Below, one piece after another: positions 22,400-33,882 of a stretch of DNA of 64,000 nt (positions are counted from its first letter, which is position 1; every line of letters begins with the position of its first letter). Under the pieces are notes generated by a model. That model saw nothing but the letters and a program-made list of their open reading frames with translations, did no database searches and was not told where the DNA came from. The position numbers and the translations under genes are program-made. The DNA is taken from contig NW_027191453.1 of assembly GCF_011745625.1 (NCBI RefSeq), positions 372,001 through 436,000 on the forward strand. Direction: 5' to 3'. Source of the stretch: Cladosporium halotolerans. Its lineage: Eukaryota.

Positions 22400-24230
22400 T
22401 CATGAAGGAGAGTGCTGCAAGCCCGTACCCTCTGCCTTGTGGCCCGCGACGAGATACACGGGCGGTGTGTAGAGGTGCTGGCCGTACGCCCAGTAGTAGA
22501 TCATTGACGCCACGGCAGTGGCGATCCAGACCAGAGGCGACCAGTTGGCCGTCGAGAGGTCGACGGGCAGGGTGGACGGGAAGCAGGTCAGGACGATGAT
22601 GAAGCCGCAGTAGAAGAAGCCAAAGCCGTTCACGAAGAGGCCGAGGCGGCCGAGGCCCCAGCGGGCGTTGGGGAGGTGTTCGCCGCGGATGCGTTTGAGG
22701 AGGACGCAGCCTGGGAAGATGTTAGCGCTGCTCGAATGCACATGGGACCGCCCGCAGCGATTAATCAAAAACTTGCCGATACTGATCATGTAGGTGCTGA
22801 GGAGAGATTGCGTGGAGAGCGAAACAAGAATTTCGAAAGCGAGCGAGCTGCCGATCGGGATCAAACTGAGGATCGCGACGATGGCAGAGGTGGCGTAGAC
22901 GGCGTTGAAGGGGATGTTCCACTTCGTGTTCCTGTCCACTTGTCAGAAAAGCTCCAATGTCACATAGTTAATATCTGAACGTACATCTTGCCCAGCCAGT
23001 TGGAAAATGGAAGACCGTGGTCACGAGAGAAGGCGAACATCTCACGAGCGCAAGTCGCCAGAGAGGTAATGTTACCGGCGTAGATTAGTAGCAGTAAAAT
23101 GATGTTGAGGAACAACGACAGTCCAACCGAGCCGGTGTTGTTAAACAGGATGAAGTACGGCGCGTCGCTCTCCAGGACGGGTCCAAGAGGGCCAATGCAG
23201 AAAAGCATAGCGATCAGCATGAAGAATCCGAAGAAGACGTTGCCGAGGAAAGACCACACCATGGCGCGCGGTACGGTGATACTGGCCTCCTTGACTTCTT
23301 CGCTGATGTGAGCAACACTGTCACTTCCCAGGCAGCAGTAGAGAATGGTGATCTGACTGAGAATGAACGCAGTGCCCATGCTCGAGTAGCCACTGGTGTT
23401 GTCCCACTCCACGAAGACCTCATGCGCTGAGTTCTTAGGAGCCAACACCAGGATGGGGATGATGACTACCAGGTAGCCGAGAGCGTGCATGATCAAGCTA
23501 CCAATTTCCAGGGCGGGGAGGAATCCAGAGCCCCAAGTGTTGAACAAAATCGTGACGATGTTGAAGGCCCACATGAGGAGGGTGATCTGCCAGCCGGTGG
23601 ACTGGTACTCAGGATTGAGGATCTGGACGATCGAGACGACCTGGGTAGCGAGGACTTGCGTGCTGCCAGCAGTGCTAGCAAGCCATCCGAGGGTCGACAT
23701 CCATCCAGAGGTGTAGGACAAGAACTTCTGCCATCGGGGAGGCGAGAACTCCGAGACCCAGTGGTACTGACCACCCGAGGTGGGAGCCATAGAGGACATC
23801 TCTGCCATACTGGCAACGACGGTGAAGAAGCAGGTCACGGTGACAATGAAGCACCAGAAAAGACCAGCAAATCCGCCATTGGTGAATCCGACGGAGAGTG
23901 AGACCAGGACGAACTCCCATGTCGCCATGTAGACAGCTAAAAGCTGTCAGATAATGTCGCGCGCAAACGGACAATCGAGATAGCCAACTCACCCACGAAT
24001 CCGAGCGCGCTCCAGAAGCCAAAGTTTCTCTTGAACTCCTGCGTCTTGCCCAAGCGCTCCATATCGCGCTTGTCCTGCTCGCCATGGCCCTCCCAGCTCA
24101 CGCTGTCCACCGACACCGACTCCGTGCCCTTGCTGTCGCTCATCATGGTGATGGTCGCCGGAGCCTTCATCTCAATGGAGTCGGAGTACGGCTGCTCGGA
24201 GTGCCGCTGCCTGGAGCCTTCGGCCATCAT
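22400..24230 (-). CDS. APC-family amino acid/GABA/choline permease
   Basis: FKRNFGFWSALGF, SMAEMSSMAPTSGGQYHWVSEF, HISEEVKEAS..VPRAM and FAFSRDHGLPFS. Three introns, including a GC-AG intron at 22776-22711. Confidence 0.92.
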
Positions 24231-25024
24231 ATTGTCAGTCCCTACGCTCCAACAAAGACGCGGCGAAGAAGGACGAAGGATCTATGGAGGAAGTGGTAGC
24301 GAAGGAGTGGCATGAAGAAAGCTACCTTAAGTGTTAAGCGAGGCCACGCGAGCCGCCTCTTCTGCACCTAACGCATGCAGCCTAGCAGCGATGTGGTCTG
24401 CCAGGGCGTGATTGGCAGCGCGATAGGTCTCGACCTCTCTTGTGTCTACCAGGAGGATGCGCCGGCCGGCACTTAGACTGCGCGAGAGTGGAGGGGTGGC
24501 GGCGGCGGCCGCGCGCCATTGGCCGGCCGCGCCCCCAGCGGCCATCTCTGCGGCCCCGGCCTCCCCAGCCAGGCGTCGTGAGCCCGCGCCGCAGAGATTG
24601 CTCAAACCACTACTGCCGGAGAGATGGCTTGCTCAGGTTTCGCTCCGACATGGATCCTGCAAGGCGCCTCCGACCCCTCCGCGCGTTGAGCGCTGCATCT
24701 ACCGGGGCGTGGCCGGCCTGATCATGATCGTGGATCCGAACGTTCGACTACTGCTCTGCCAGAAGGTCATGGGCCCTCCGAGTTGAGACACAGTAACCTT
24801 AGTGTGTTGCGCAACGCCTCGTTGAAACTCAATAGCCGAGCCATGCTACATTCAGGAAAAGCTGCATACCAACCACGTGCGGCCGTGAAAAAAAATACGT
24901 GAAGAACGACCCGCTGCTACAGCGCCACCCTCAAGCATGATATCGCCCTAAAACCATATCCCGGCACGAACAACGCACGACAACCGAGGCACCAACACCA
25001 CCCACCGTTCAACCGCCTCATCAA

Positions 25025-25312
25025 TCACTTCGTCGGATCCTCCCTCTTCTTCCCCAAGAATATCGTCTTCAACCTCCCCATGCCCGGCAGCAGACTATCG
25101 TAGTGCTCCTTCTTGCCCATGACCCTGTCCGCCTCGCCCTGATCGCCCTTCTTCAGCGCCGCCATGACCTCCGCGCTCTTCGCGCGCGCCGCCTGGGCCG
25201 CGGGGCTAGTCATGGCTTCGGCGTCGGCGACGTTAGCGTTGGCAGGGCCCGTGAACGCGTTCGGCTCCCACTCTGAGATCTTGTTGTTACTGCCGCTGCC
25301 CCTGGACGCCAT
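25025..25312 (-). CDS. Small hypothetical protein (95 aa)
   Basis: ACCATGG start, coding-like codon usage and protein-like composition; no family recognised. Confidence 0.55.
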   Translation of the reverse strand: MASRGSGSNNKISEWEPNAFTGPANANVADAEAMTSPAAQAARAKSAEVMAALKKGDQGEADRVMGKKEHYDSLLPGMGRLKTIFLGKKREDPTK

Positions 25313-26886
25313 GGTACCGTAGCAGTCGTGGGTGGGAACGTGCGGGTGCTGGGTGGTGGTGGTTATTCTGGTATCGCTGGAGGAGCGTTTGGAGCGGTGT
25401 TTCGTTGAGCTTGACTCGAGTGCTGCGCCGTGATCGCCCGAGCTGGCTGGGGTGTGTTTCTTTGTCCGCGAAGAACAAAGCGTGGGGCTCGATGAATTTC
25501 AGGGTATATGGTAGCAAAACGATAGTGCTAACTGCTAAGCTCAAGCGATGCGCTGGGTGGTCTCTCCTCTCTGCGTAAAGAACCCCGTTAACACGCGGAG
25601 CCGTGGATGCGTGCAGCGGTTTATGTATGGCGTCGAAGGGCGCAGCCCGCAAGGCGCAGCACACGTGGATGCAACATTCCCACGTGGAAGACGCCCCCAA
25701 AATCGCAGCCTTCCACGCCTTCCATGCACGCGTGATCCCTCTGAGCTCCCGGTGCCATTGTCGCGCAGCACAGCCTTGCGCCTTTCGGGCCTGTAGGTGG
25801 GACGCGCTGACACGCCCAAGGCCCTTTCAGCCTCGCGCGCAATCCTTCGACCCACAAGCAGTGCTAGAATGCGAACTAAGCTCGGACAGGGTCCGGCGCC
25901 GGGCCAAATCGTATTGGTTTCCGAGCGATGAAGAAGCTTCCCTGCCGTGGAAGCCGTTGCGATCTGCCGTGCGCGCCGGGTCTCGAGCTGGGCGTTTTCG
26001 ATTGAGATGTGCGGGTGGGGATCTGCGACAGGCGATGCGATGCGCTGTACAAAGTGGACGGCGGGTCTTAATGTACAACGAGCGTGTAGGCGGAATCCGT
26101 GGCGCGAGAGTTTAGCAAGACGCGAGGGTGGCGTTTTTGGGGTGGTGATCGCAGATCAGACGGACAAAGAAGCGCTCACCGGTGAGGCTTGAGGCTGCAT
26201 ACATGTACTTCGCCATCAAGATCAGGTCAGAATGCAAGATGGCGCTGGGAATTAACTTCGATCGGTAAAGTCAGAGTCAGTTATCTCCGATCCTGACGCA
26301 TCTTGTAAATGCGTATCCTTCGTCATGACCAGGATGGCGGAATATGAGCCTGACGCTTCGGGTTTTCGAAACAATGTCAATGAGCAATATGGATTCCATC
26401 GTGTTCCTGGCGCAAAGAGGTACATGATGGCCAAGTTCAGTCAGCATAGCCTGACTTGGAAATAATAAGACGGATCAAAAGACGTAGGGATTAAATTGTC
26501 ATTAATATGCTGTATCTCAAGCTTCACGCATCACACGCGAGCACAGCAGCGCGCTTTTTTTCGTTCCCCCCCCCCAAAAACGCCATAAAACTCCCCGCTG
26601 CCCAAAAAGAAATGCTGTAGGTAAGGTAGGCCGTGACAGCGGCTCTAGGGTAATGCCCAGTGGTATCTCTAAACCCGAACCCGATATACTCTGTCGCTCT
26701 CTCTCTCCGTCTCCGTCTCTCAAACACATGCTCCGAAAGTTTTATTTTAAGCCTCGACGTGCTGCGTGGGCTCGCCGGGAACGCCTTGAGATTGCATGTC
26801 AGCGGTACGTTCTTGAGCGAAGTCTGGTTGTCTTCGATTTTGTTCCCCGGTTGATATTTGACAACCTCGCAAGCCACACACGCCGA

Positions 26887-29054
26887 TCACAAGACTGAAC
26901 GCGGACCTTGTGCTGGTGTCAGAAAGAGCTGTCTTTTCCCAACCCGGGGAGCGAAGCGGACTCGCTGCCCCCGAAAGGAGAAAAAAAAAGGAATCAAAGA
27001 AGCGACTCACCATTCGTGAACCCATTGTGGTTCGCCTTGACCTCCTTGGCCGCACCCATCTCAGGCTTGGCGTTCAGGCCCGCAACAGAGCCGATGAGCT
27101 CGTTGATCTCGCCCGCGAGCTTCTCGTTCTCGCGGAAGGGGTCGTACATGCGCTGGCGGATGTACTCGTCGAGCTCGGCGTCGGAGACGTTGCGCAGCGC
27201 CAGCTCGCGGTCGACCCTCTCGGCCTGCGCGGCGCGGATGACGCCGCGCGTGACGATCACGGACACCTCGCGGATGCGCTCGATGGCGGGGTAGAGCCAG
27301 TTCTGCGAGACCTCCTCGGGGAGCAGGGAGGTGCTGAGGGCTTCGGCGGAGGCGTAGATCATGCTCTGGGTGACGGAGACGGACTTGGAGAGGATGGCGC
27401 CGAGGCCGATGCCGGGGAAGACGTACTGTCGAGGCATTAGCATAGTGGAATATTGGCTTTCACGGTTGCAGAAACTTACCATGTTGTTGCCCTGGCCGGG
27501 AACGAGCTCCTTGCCGTTGTGGTTCAGAGTGGGGAAGGGGCTGCCAGAGGCGAACAGGCATCTGCCGTTGGTGTACTTGATGGCGTCCTCGAAAGTGCAC
27601 TCAGACTTGGAGCTAGGGTTGGACAGGGGGAAGATGACGGGCTTGTCGTTCATGGCAGCCATCTTCTCGAGAATCTTGGGAGTGAAAGCGCCGCCGATGG
27701 TGCTGAGACCCATGAGGATGGTGGGCTTGACGTAGTCGACAACCTCCTCGAGGCTCTTGTACTGCTGACCGTTGTTGTCGTCGCGGGAGAAGTACTCCTT
27801 GTGCTCGGCGAGCTTGCCGGGCCTGTCGTTGGTGACCATGCCCTGGGAGTCGACGAGCCAGAAGCACCTTCGTGCCTCGTCCTCGGAGAGACCCTCCTTC
27901 ATGAAGAAGGCAGTGAGCTGCTTGGCGACACCGACACCGGCGGATCCGGCACCAAGGAAGACAGCGCGCTGGTCCTTGGCGGGAACACCAGACTGCTTGA
28001 CAGCGTTGATGAAACCGCCAAGAATGACGGCACCGGTTCCCTGGATGTCGTCGTTAAACATGGTGTAGGTGTTCTGGTAACGCTCGAGCGACGGGAAGGG
28101 GTTCTTGAAGTCCTCGTACTGGATGACAATGCTGGGCCAGCGCTCGGTCAGAGCAGCCATCATCTCATCGAGGAACTCACGCTCCTCATCAGCGGTAACC
28201 TTAGGGCGGCGCGAACCAAGGTAGAGCGGGTCGTTGATCAACTCCTGGTTCGAGGTGCCGAGATCGAGGCAAATGGGAAGAGTGCGGAGAGGGCTGATAC
28301 CAGCGCAAGCAGTGTAAAGAGAGAGCTTGCCGACAGGAATGCCCATGCCGTTGATGCCGAGGTCACCAAGACCGAGAATACGGCTGCCGTCAGTGACGAC
28401 GGTGATCTCGACTTCATGAGGCCAGTTCTGGATGACGGAAGCAAGGTTGCCCTTGTCGGAGAACGACAGGTAAAGACCTTCGGGCTGGGTGTAGATTTCC
28501 GACCATCTCTGGCAAGCCTCACCGACGGTGGGTGTGTAGATCAAAGGTGTAAGCTCCTAAAACAAGCATGGTTAGACTTCACTTCTTGGCGTGCTGACCG
28601 ATCGGGTCAAACCAACCTTGACGTTGTTTGCAAGCAGGCGGTAGAAAAGGTTCACGTTGGTGTTACGCAGGACAGAGAGGTACTGGTATTTCTCAATGGG
28701 AGTCTTCTTCAGGTCGAGCAGACCAAGGCCTGATTCACTTGTTAGCTTCAATTTCGCGAGCTTCATCCGAAAATTGCAACTCACATCTCTTCATCTGCAG
28801 CTCGAAGCTGTCCACACCAGGTGGCGACAGACCGTAAGTCCTCAGATACTTGCGGGCCTCAACCTTGTTGGCGGTATCGAAATCGCTCCTTCAATGAGGG
28901 TCAACAATGGATTCGATCGAGCACGTGATACATGTGATTCCACTTACGGTGCAGGGTGGACATGTCTGCTAGGAGGGTTGTGGTGGGCGTGTTTGATGTT
29001 GGCGGCGGGAAGGTGGTTCGTCGTGTCGACGGGGGAGTCGGCGTGAGGTGCCAT
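26887..29054 (-). CDS. Malic enzyme (NAD(P)-dependent malate dehydrogenase, decarboxylating)
   Basis: IYTPTVGEAC, VVTDGSRILGLGDLG, QYEDF, FNDDIQGTG, GAGSAGVG, FPLSNP and PGQGNNM-YVFPG. Start MAPHADS at 29054; several introns; alternative 3' end (stop at 26994 unspliced or 26887 spliced). Confidence 0.95.
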
Positions 29055-30670
29055 GGCGTGCTGAGCTCTATTGACGATCGATGTAGCAACAAAGCGAGTC
29101 TGTATCGCAATGCGGTTGCGGCTTGATGGTCCGGGGGAGTGGACGGAGAGGAAAGCGCTTTTTAAAGTATGCTGGGGAGCGGAGGCGCGAGTCGAGCGAC
29201 CGAAGCGACTCAGTGACATTGAAATAGAGGCGTGCTTAGTGAGACGAGTGTGAGATCAGGCGCGATAATTTGAAAATAACCGGGTTGTGGGCGAGCACGG
29301 CAGTGTGATCAGGAGTGGCTGCGAGCCGAGTTAGGCCAATCCGACGCAGTCTCGAAGGGTCCCCGACCACCGTCACGATAATGAACAGGAAGCGCTTGGG
29401 CGGCGGGCAAGACGATCTCGCGCCTGCTCCGCTCTGCAACACGCGGGAGTTGTGGTTCGGAAGACAAGGCTGCGCTGCGCGGGTGGAGGAGCGGGTAGCA
29501 GGCCGGTGGATCCGATCCGGGGAGGCGAGAGGCTAAAGGGCGAGCCGTTGCGATCTGGAGGAGAGCCGGAAGGAAGACTGAGCAGAGGGAGCCTGTGCGG
29601 AGCGCTTGGCCTGGGGATGCGAGGGCAATTGAAGGGAGCGTCGAGCTGCGTGGTGGTCTCAACCGCAGGAGGGTTGGTGGCTTCCGGGTCGGACATCCTC
29701 AAATAGCGACAACGCGCATTGATGACTCTGGCAACCCATCGCACCGCCCGTCACGCCCGTCGTGCCCGTCCACTATCGGCCTCCGGTCGATTTTTCTCGT
29801 CCGCCTACGAAAAGACCCGACAATTCGCGGCATCTGACGTGCCGCGCGGGATGTCATCCTCCGCGCGATTTCGCCCAACCCCTTGCAGCCGCTTGCACGC
29901 TTACCTTGCCTTGACTTGCCTTACCTTACTGTACGGCACACGAGCACCGCGTGGCTGCAGCAGTGCACGGACGAGAAGAAGCTGCGTCTTCGTGTCGAGC
30001 TCACGGTGCTGTCGCGCGACACTTGCGTCTGCGTCTGCGTCGCCGGCACCGGACCCGACACACGGACGATCGCCTCCTGCGCAAACGCGAATGCCGGTCA
30101 CATTCGATCCGGCGATGACACTGCGAAGCCGCAATGCAATATCGGCTGCTCTATTGCCCGTTTCTCAGTGCCTGCGACATCGCAAAAAGGCGAGCCTCGT
30201 CTTGAATGACCTCACCTCAATATCCACAGTCCCCAGGATCATTTGCCAGATACCACGACTGCTTAACTTTCAAAAGCTCTCCAATGTGCATCATTGCGCA
30301 TTTGGCAAACGGTAAACCCGTCTCTAAACAGGCCAATAACCTGAAATGCAGTGGTCGAACGGTCGAGGCCCCGTTGATTTACGTCACTGCAGGCTGAAGC
30401 TCAAGTCCAAGTAACGCGACGCCCAGCATCGTCATGAGCACCATCGTCATCACAGCGCAAAGGTGAGGAGAACCTCACGCCAGCTGATATACTGCACTGT
30501 AGGTAATCCAGGAGACTGTTCTACCTAATCGTGTACTGTACAGCTGTTTCTAGTTGCAATACCTCTACAACAGAAGGCGCAAGAAGCTGTTTCCATCTTC
30601 GCATAAGCTGCAACAACACAGCTTCATCACAGCACTCTAATAGCCCGCGCGACAGTAACGACGTGTCAGC

Positions 30671-32902
30671 ATGTCGCTATCTTCGTGTTTCGGCCTAGGC
30701 AAGCCTTCTGCCTCTGATCGAGAGCCATTGCTCCCTCAATATGCCGACGACACCCAATTGCAGCGCGAACTGCACCAGAAGCTGCACAGCTACCAACAGC
30801 TGCGTGCCTTGACAAAGGGCTTCATGCCCAGCACCGAACAGGTCATCATCAACCTACGAACACTCCTCGCGTCCGACATCCTCAATCCAGAGAACCCAGA
30901 CCTCTCTGACAGTGGCCGCTTGTTGGTCAAGTACACGAAGCGATGGCTGCAGCAGTTCATGGACTTGGTCCAAAACAAGAACAGCGAAGACCAGATCCAG
31001 GATGTCATATGGTTCCTTAGCAAGAGCAGGATTGAGGTGGACGTGGACGATCTCGCAAGCCGTATGAAAAGCAGCAAGGCCAAGGCGGACACTGCTGCTG
31101 CATACCAGAGCTTGCACACCGTGGGCTCATTGCTGCTCACCAACTCCGACTTCCGAGTCTTCATGAGTGATCTAAACGTTGTCGGACGGGAGATCTTCAA
31201 GGACTCTGCCTTCACTCTCAGCAACGTGGCCGAGAAAGCTGGCAAGGCGATTGAGCCATCGCAGGAGGAGCAGCAGACTATTGCGCACCCAGGTGCCGAT
31301 TCATCTCAGCCTGCCCCTACAGCTCAAGAGCTTGGAGATAACCTCGGAGATGTAACGAGGGTCGTTGCCATCGGCAGTAAAGAGGTGTCTAAGACCGCAG
31401 CCGAAAGCGCAGAGGAGAGGCTTTCTGGCGATGAAGGCCAAACACTGCTGAACCGCCTCCAACAGGCGGTGATGAAACTCAGAAAGCGGAACGACTACTC
31501 GGACTCGGTGTCTACGTTGTCCAAACTCATCCAACGCTATGCTATGATCTACTCCAAGGCTGCAGAAGAAGTAGTTGAGGTTGCTCAAGATGATGTGCAA
31601 CAGAATGCAGACACAGATCGGGCGCTACGAAACTTCTGGTCTTTTGTGAAGAGCTTCGGCGACGCTGCCGCGTGGGAGAAGTGCGAAGAGCTTCTCAAGA
31701 AAATCATTAGCCACAAGGAGAACGACCCTGAGTTCGAAGACTTGATGAATGACGTTGGAAACAGTCTTCAGAAGCTTTTGACTGACCCGGAGTTCTTCAA
31801 CAATGCACAAGAAAAATTCCAGGAACTCCGAGAGAAGAGTCGCAAGGTTGGAACCCAAAGCAGCCTCCGCGACGACATCGATGCACTCCTCGAGCAAATT
31901 GGCATCACGTTCCGGAGCGTACTGGAGGACAAGGATATCCACAACATCCTCCAAACGACCCTCCATCTCGCCAAGATTCTCTCTCCGACCCAGACCGTGG
32001 CCAACCCCGAGCTACTCCAGGACAGCTTCAACGTCTTCGTCCCTCTGCTCGTCTCTGCCATCCAATACCTCCCCATCCCACGTCTCGAAGTCAGCACCCC
32101 CGACGTCGACCTCCTCCTCGAGAACCTCATCATCGAACCCGGCCACACCGTAAACCACACCTCCTTCCTCCCCTACCGCCTCAAAGTCGAAACCTATAAC
32201 GACTTCGAGCTCAAAAAAGCCCGCTTCCGCACCGCCACGACCTCCACAAACCTCATGACCATCAAAATCGACGGCCTCTCCGCCCGCGCCGACGAAATCG
32301 GCTTCTGGCTGCGCGCCCACAGCGGCCTCCTGCGCCTCGCGGACGAGGGCATCGCGTCCTTCGCCCTCGACGACCGCGGCATCGACGTCCACGTCGACGT
32401 CGAGATCGCCCGCGAGCGCACCGAGCAGCTCCTCACCCTCAAGGCCGTGCGCGTCCACGTCCACAAGATGAACTACACCCTGCGCAAGAGCCGCTTCGCC
32501 TGGCTCGCCTGGCTCATGAAGCCCCTGCTGCGCCCCGTCCTGCGCAAGACGATGGAGAAGCAGCTCGCGAGCGCGCTGGCGGACTTCTTCCACGCCGCCA
32601 ACCGCGAGCTGCTCTACGCCCGCGAGCGCTTGCGCGCCACGCGCATCGCCGACCCGCAGGACCTCATGACGTTCTTGCGCGCCGTTGCTGCCAGGCTGAC
32701 GCCCGCGGAGGACCCGGATGTGTACTCGCGCGTCGGCGTGGCGCAGCCGGGCGAGGGCGTTTTCAAGGGCGTGTATGCGCCGGGGAGCGTGGTTAAGCTG
32801 TGGAATGAGGAGGCGGCGAGGGCGGCGGAGAGGGTGGATGATTTCAGGGAGGATGGGTGGAGGAATGAGATTTTTGACGCGCATGCGAGGGCTATGGCGT
32901 AG
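30671..32902 (+). CDS. Conserved fungal HAM1-like / BPI (TULIP)-like protein, 743 aa
   Basis: Long helical N-terminus followed by a beta-rich C-terminus (IQYLPIPRLEVS...LLLENL...EGIASFALDDRGIDVHVDVEI...VRVHVHKMNYTL) resembling the DUF4449/DUF5923-type family. The family assignment is from memory. Confidence 0.7.
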   Translation: MSLSSCFGLGKPSASDREPLLPQYADDTQLQRELHQKLHSYQQLRALTKGFMPSTEQVIINLRTLLASDILNPENPDLSDSGRLLVKYTKRWLQQFMDLVQNKNSEDQIQDVIWFLSKSRIEVDVDDLASRMKSSKAKADTAAAYQSLHTVGSLLLTNSDFRVFMSDLNVVGREIFKDSAFTLSNVAEKAGKAIEPSQEEQQTIAHPGADSSQPAPTAQELGDNLGDVTRVVAIGSKEVSKTAAESAEERLSGDEGQTLLNRLQQAVMKLRKRNDYSDSVSTLSKLIQRYAMIYSKAAEEVVEVAQDDVQQNADTDRALRNFWSFVKSFGDAAAWEKCEELLKKIISHKENDPEFEDLMNDVGNSLQKLLTDPEFFNNAQEKFQELREKSRKVGTQSSLRDDIDALLEQIGITFRSVLEDKDIHNILQTTLHLAKILSPTQTVANPELLQDSFNVFVPLLVSAIQYLPIPRLEVSTPDVDLLLENLIIEPGHTVNHTSFLPYRLKVETYNDFELKKARFRTATTSTNLMTIKIDGLSARADEIGFWLRAHSGLLRLADEGIASFALDDRGIDVHVDVEIARERTEQLLTLKAVRVHVHKMNYTLRKSRFAWLAWLMKPLLRPVLRKTMEKQLASALADFFHAANRELLYARERLRATRIADPQDLMTFLRAVAARLTPAEDPDVYSRVGVAQPGEGVFKGVYAPGSVVKLWNEEAARAAERVDDFREDGWRNEIFDAHARAMA

Positions 32903-33882
32903 AGGGGGTTGGTGGGCTGGCTGGTCGGGTTTAACAGAACGGCTGGGTTAAAATTGGCAGATTGGCAGTTGGTACTTGGAGTGTGGGAAATGGATGGAGT
33001 TGGCATCTGACCTTTGCGTGATCTTGGAGGACTCCCTGTTATATTGTACTTCCATATTGTACTTCAGAAATCGTGTTCTTTTCACTATGTTTTTGCAGTG
33101 TATTGGTTGAATTTCTTGCTCCATGTATGCTCATAGTTTTCATCCTACGCGTTACATTCTATACGGGATTCAATTGTGAACAAAAGTTTCACCAAACCCT
33201 TTCACGACCGTGCAAGATCTATTATTTCTCGTCATCACGAATACGCATGAAGGGTCCGCACCCTGGGACCGACGTCACCTGACACGGCCCAGCACCCTGT
33301 GAGCATCACAGACTCTTGGTATGCCAAGTCCAGAACAGTCCTCGATGGCACGGAGCTTCTTCGCTTTCCCTCCGTGGCGATTGATATCTCCATGATGGCA
33401 AGAGCGTCGTCCTCGCAAAGCTCGCTGCCTCCCCAGTTCCACATCGGGCTGGGGTCGAATTCCACCTGCCCGCGATGGTGGGGCACGATGACACACCATT
33501 CTGGCATCCTCGCACTCGCCTTTGCACGTGGCCGATAACACCTTTCTTAATGGTTCATCCTCTGGGATAATTTAACTGAGCTCAAGCTCAGACTGAAAAA
33601 GTCTTGGATACTGGCGCCAGCGGTGGGACAAGGTCCCACATCGTGACCTCGCTATCTCAGCCCCGCAACAAGACGACATCGGATGACCACTTGGATGTGT
33701 TGTGCCTTGACGTAGTAACGACTGGATCTAGGAAGAAGGCACGCGACACTACATACATTCCCTGCTTGAACCGACCCGCGACCAACAGGACCCGTATTCA
33801 GTAACTTCGGGCCTCCAGGCCTTAGGACTGCAACGGCACAAAGAAGACGCCCGCCAACACCCACCCCCAACTACCCGCCAAC

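Noticed and set aside
27453..28733. Long antisense ORFs (426 aa opposite malic enzyme; also 32012-32884, 33922-34734, 44762-45820 and 48022-48870)
   Set aside because: They are shadows of strongly GC3-biased sense genes and have no protein-like motifs.
33235..33507. 90-aa minus-strand ORF between the HAM1-like gene and RTG2
   Set aside because: No family motif; cannot be told apart from chance or an old remnant.
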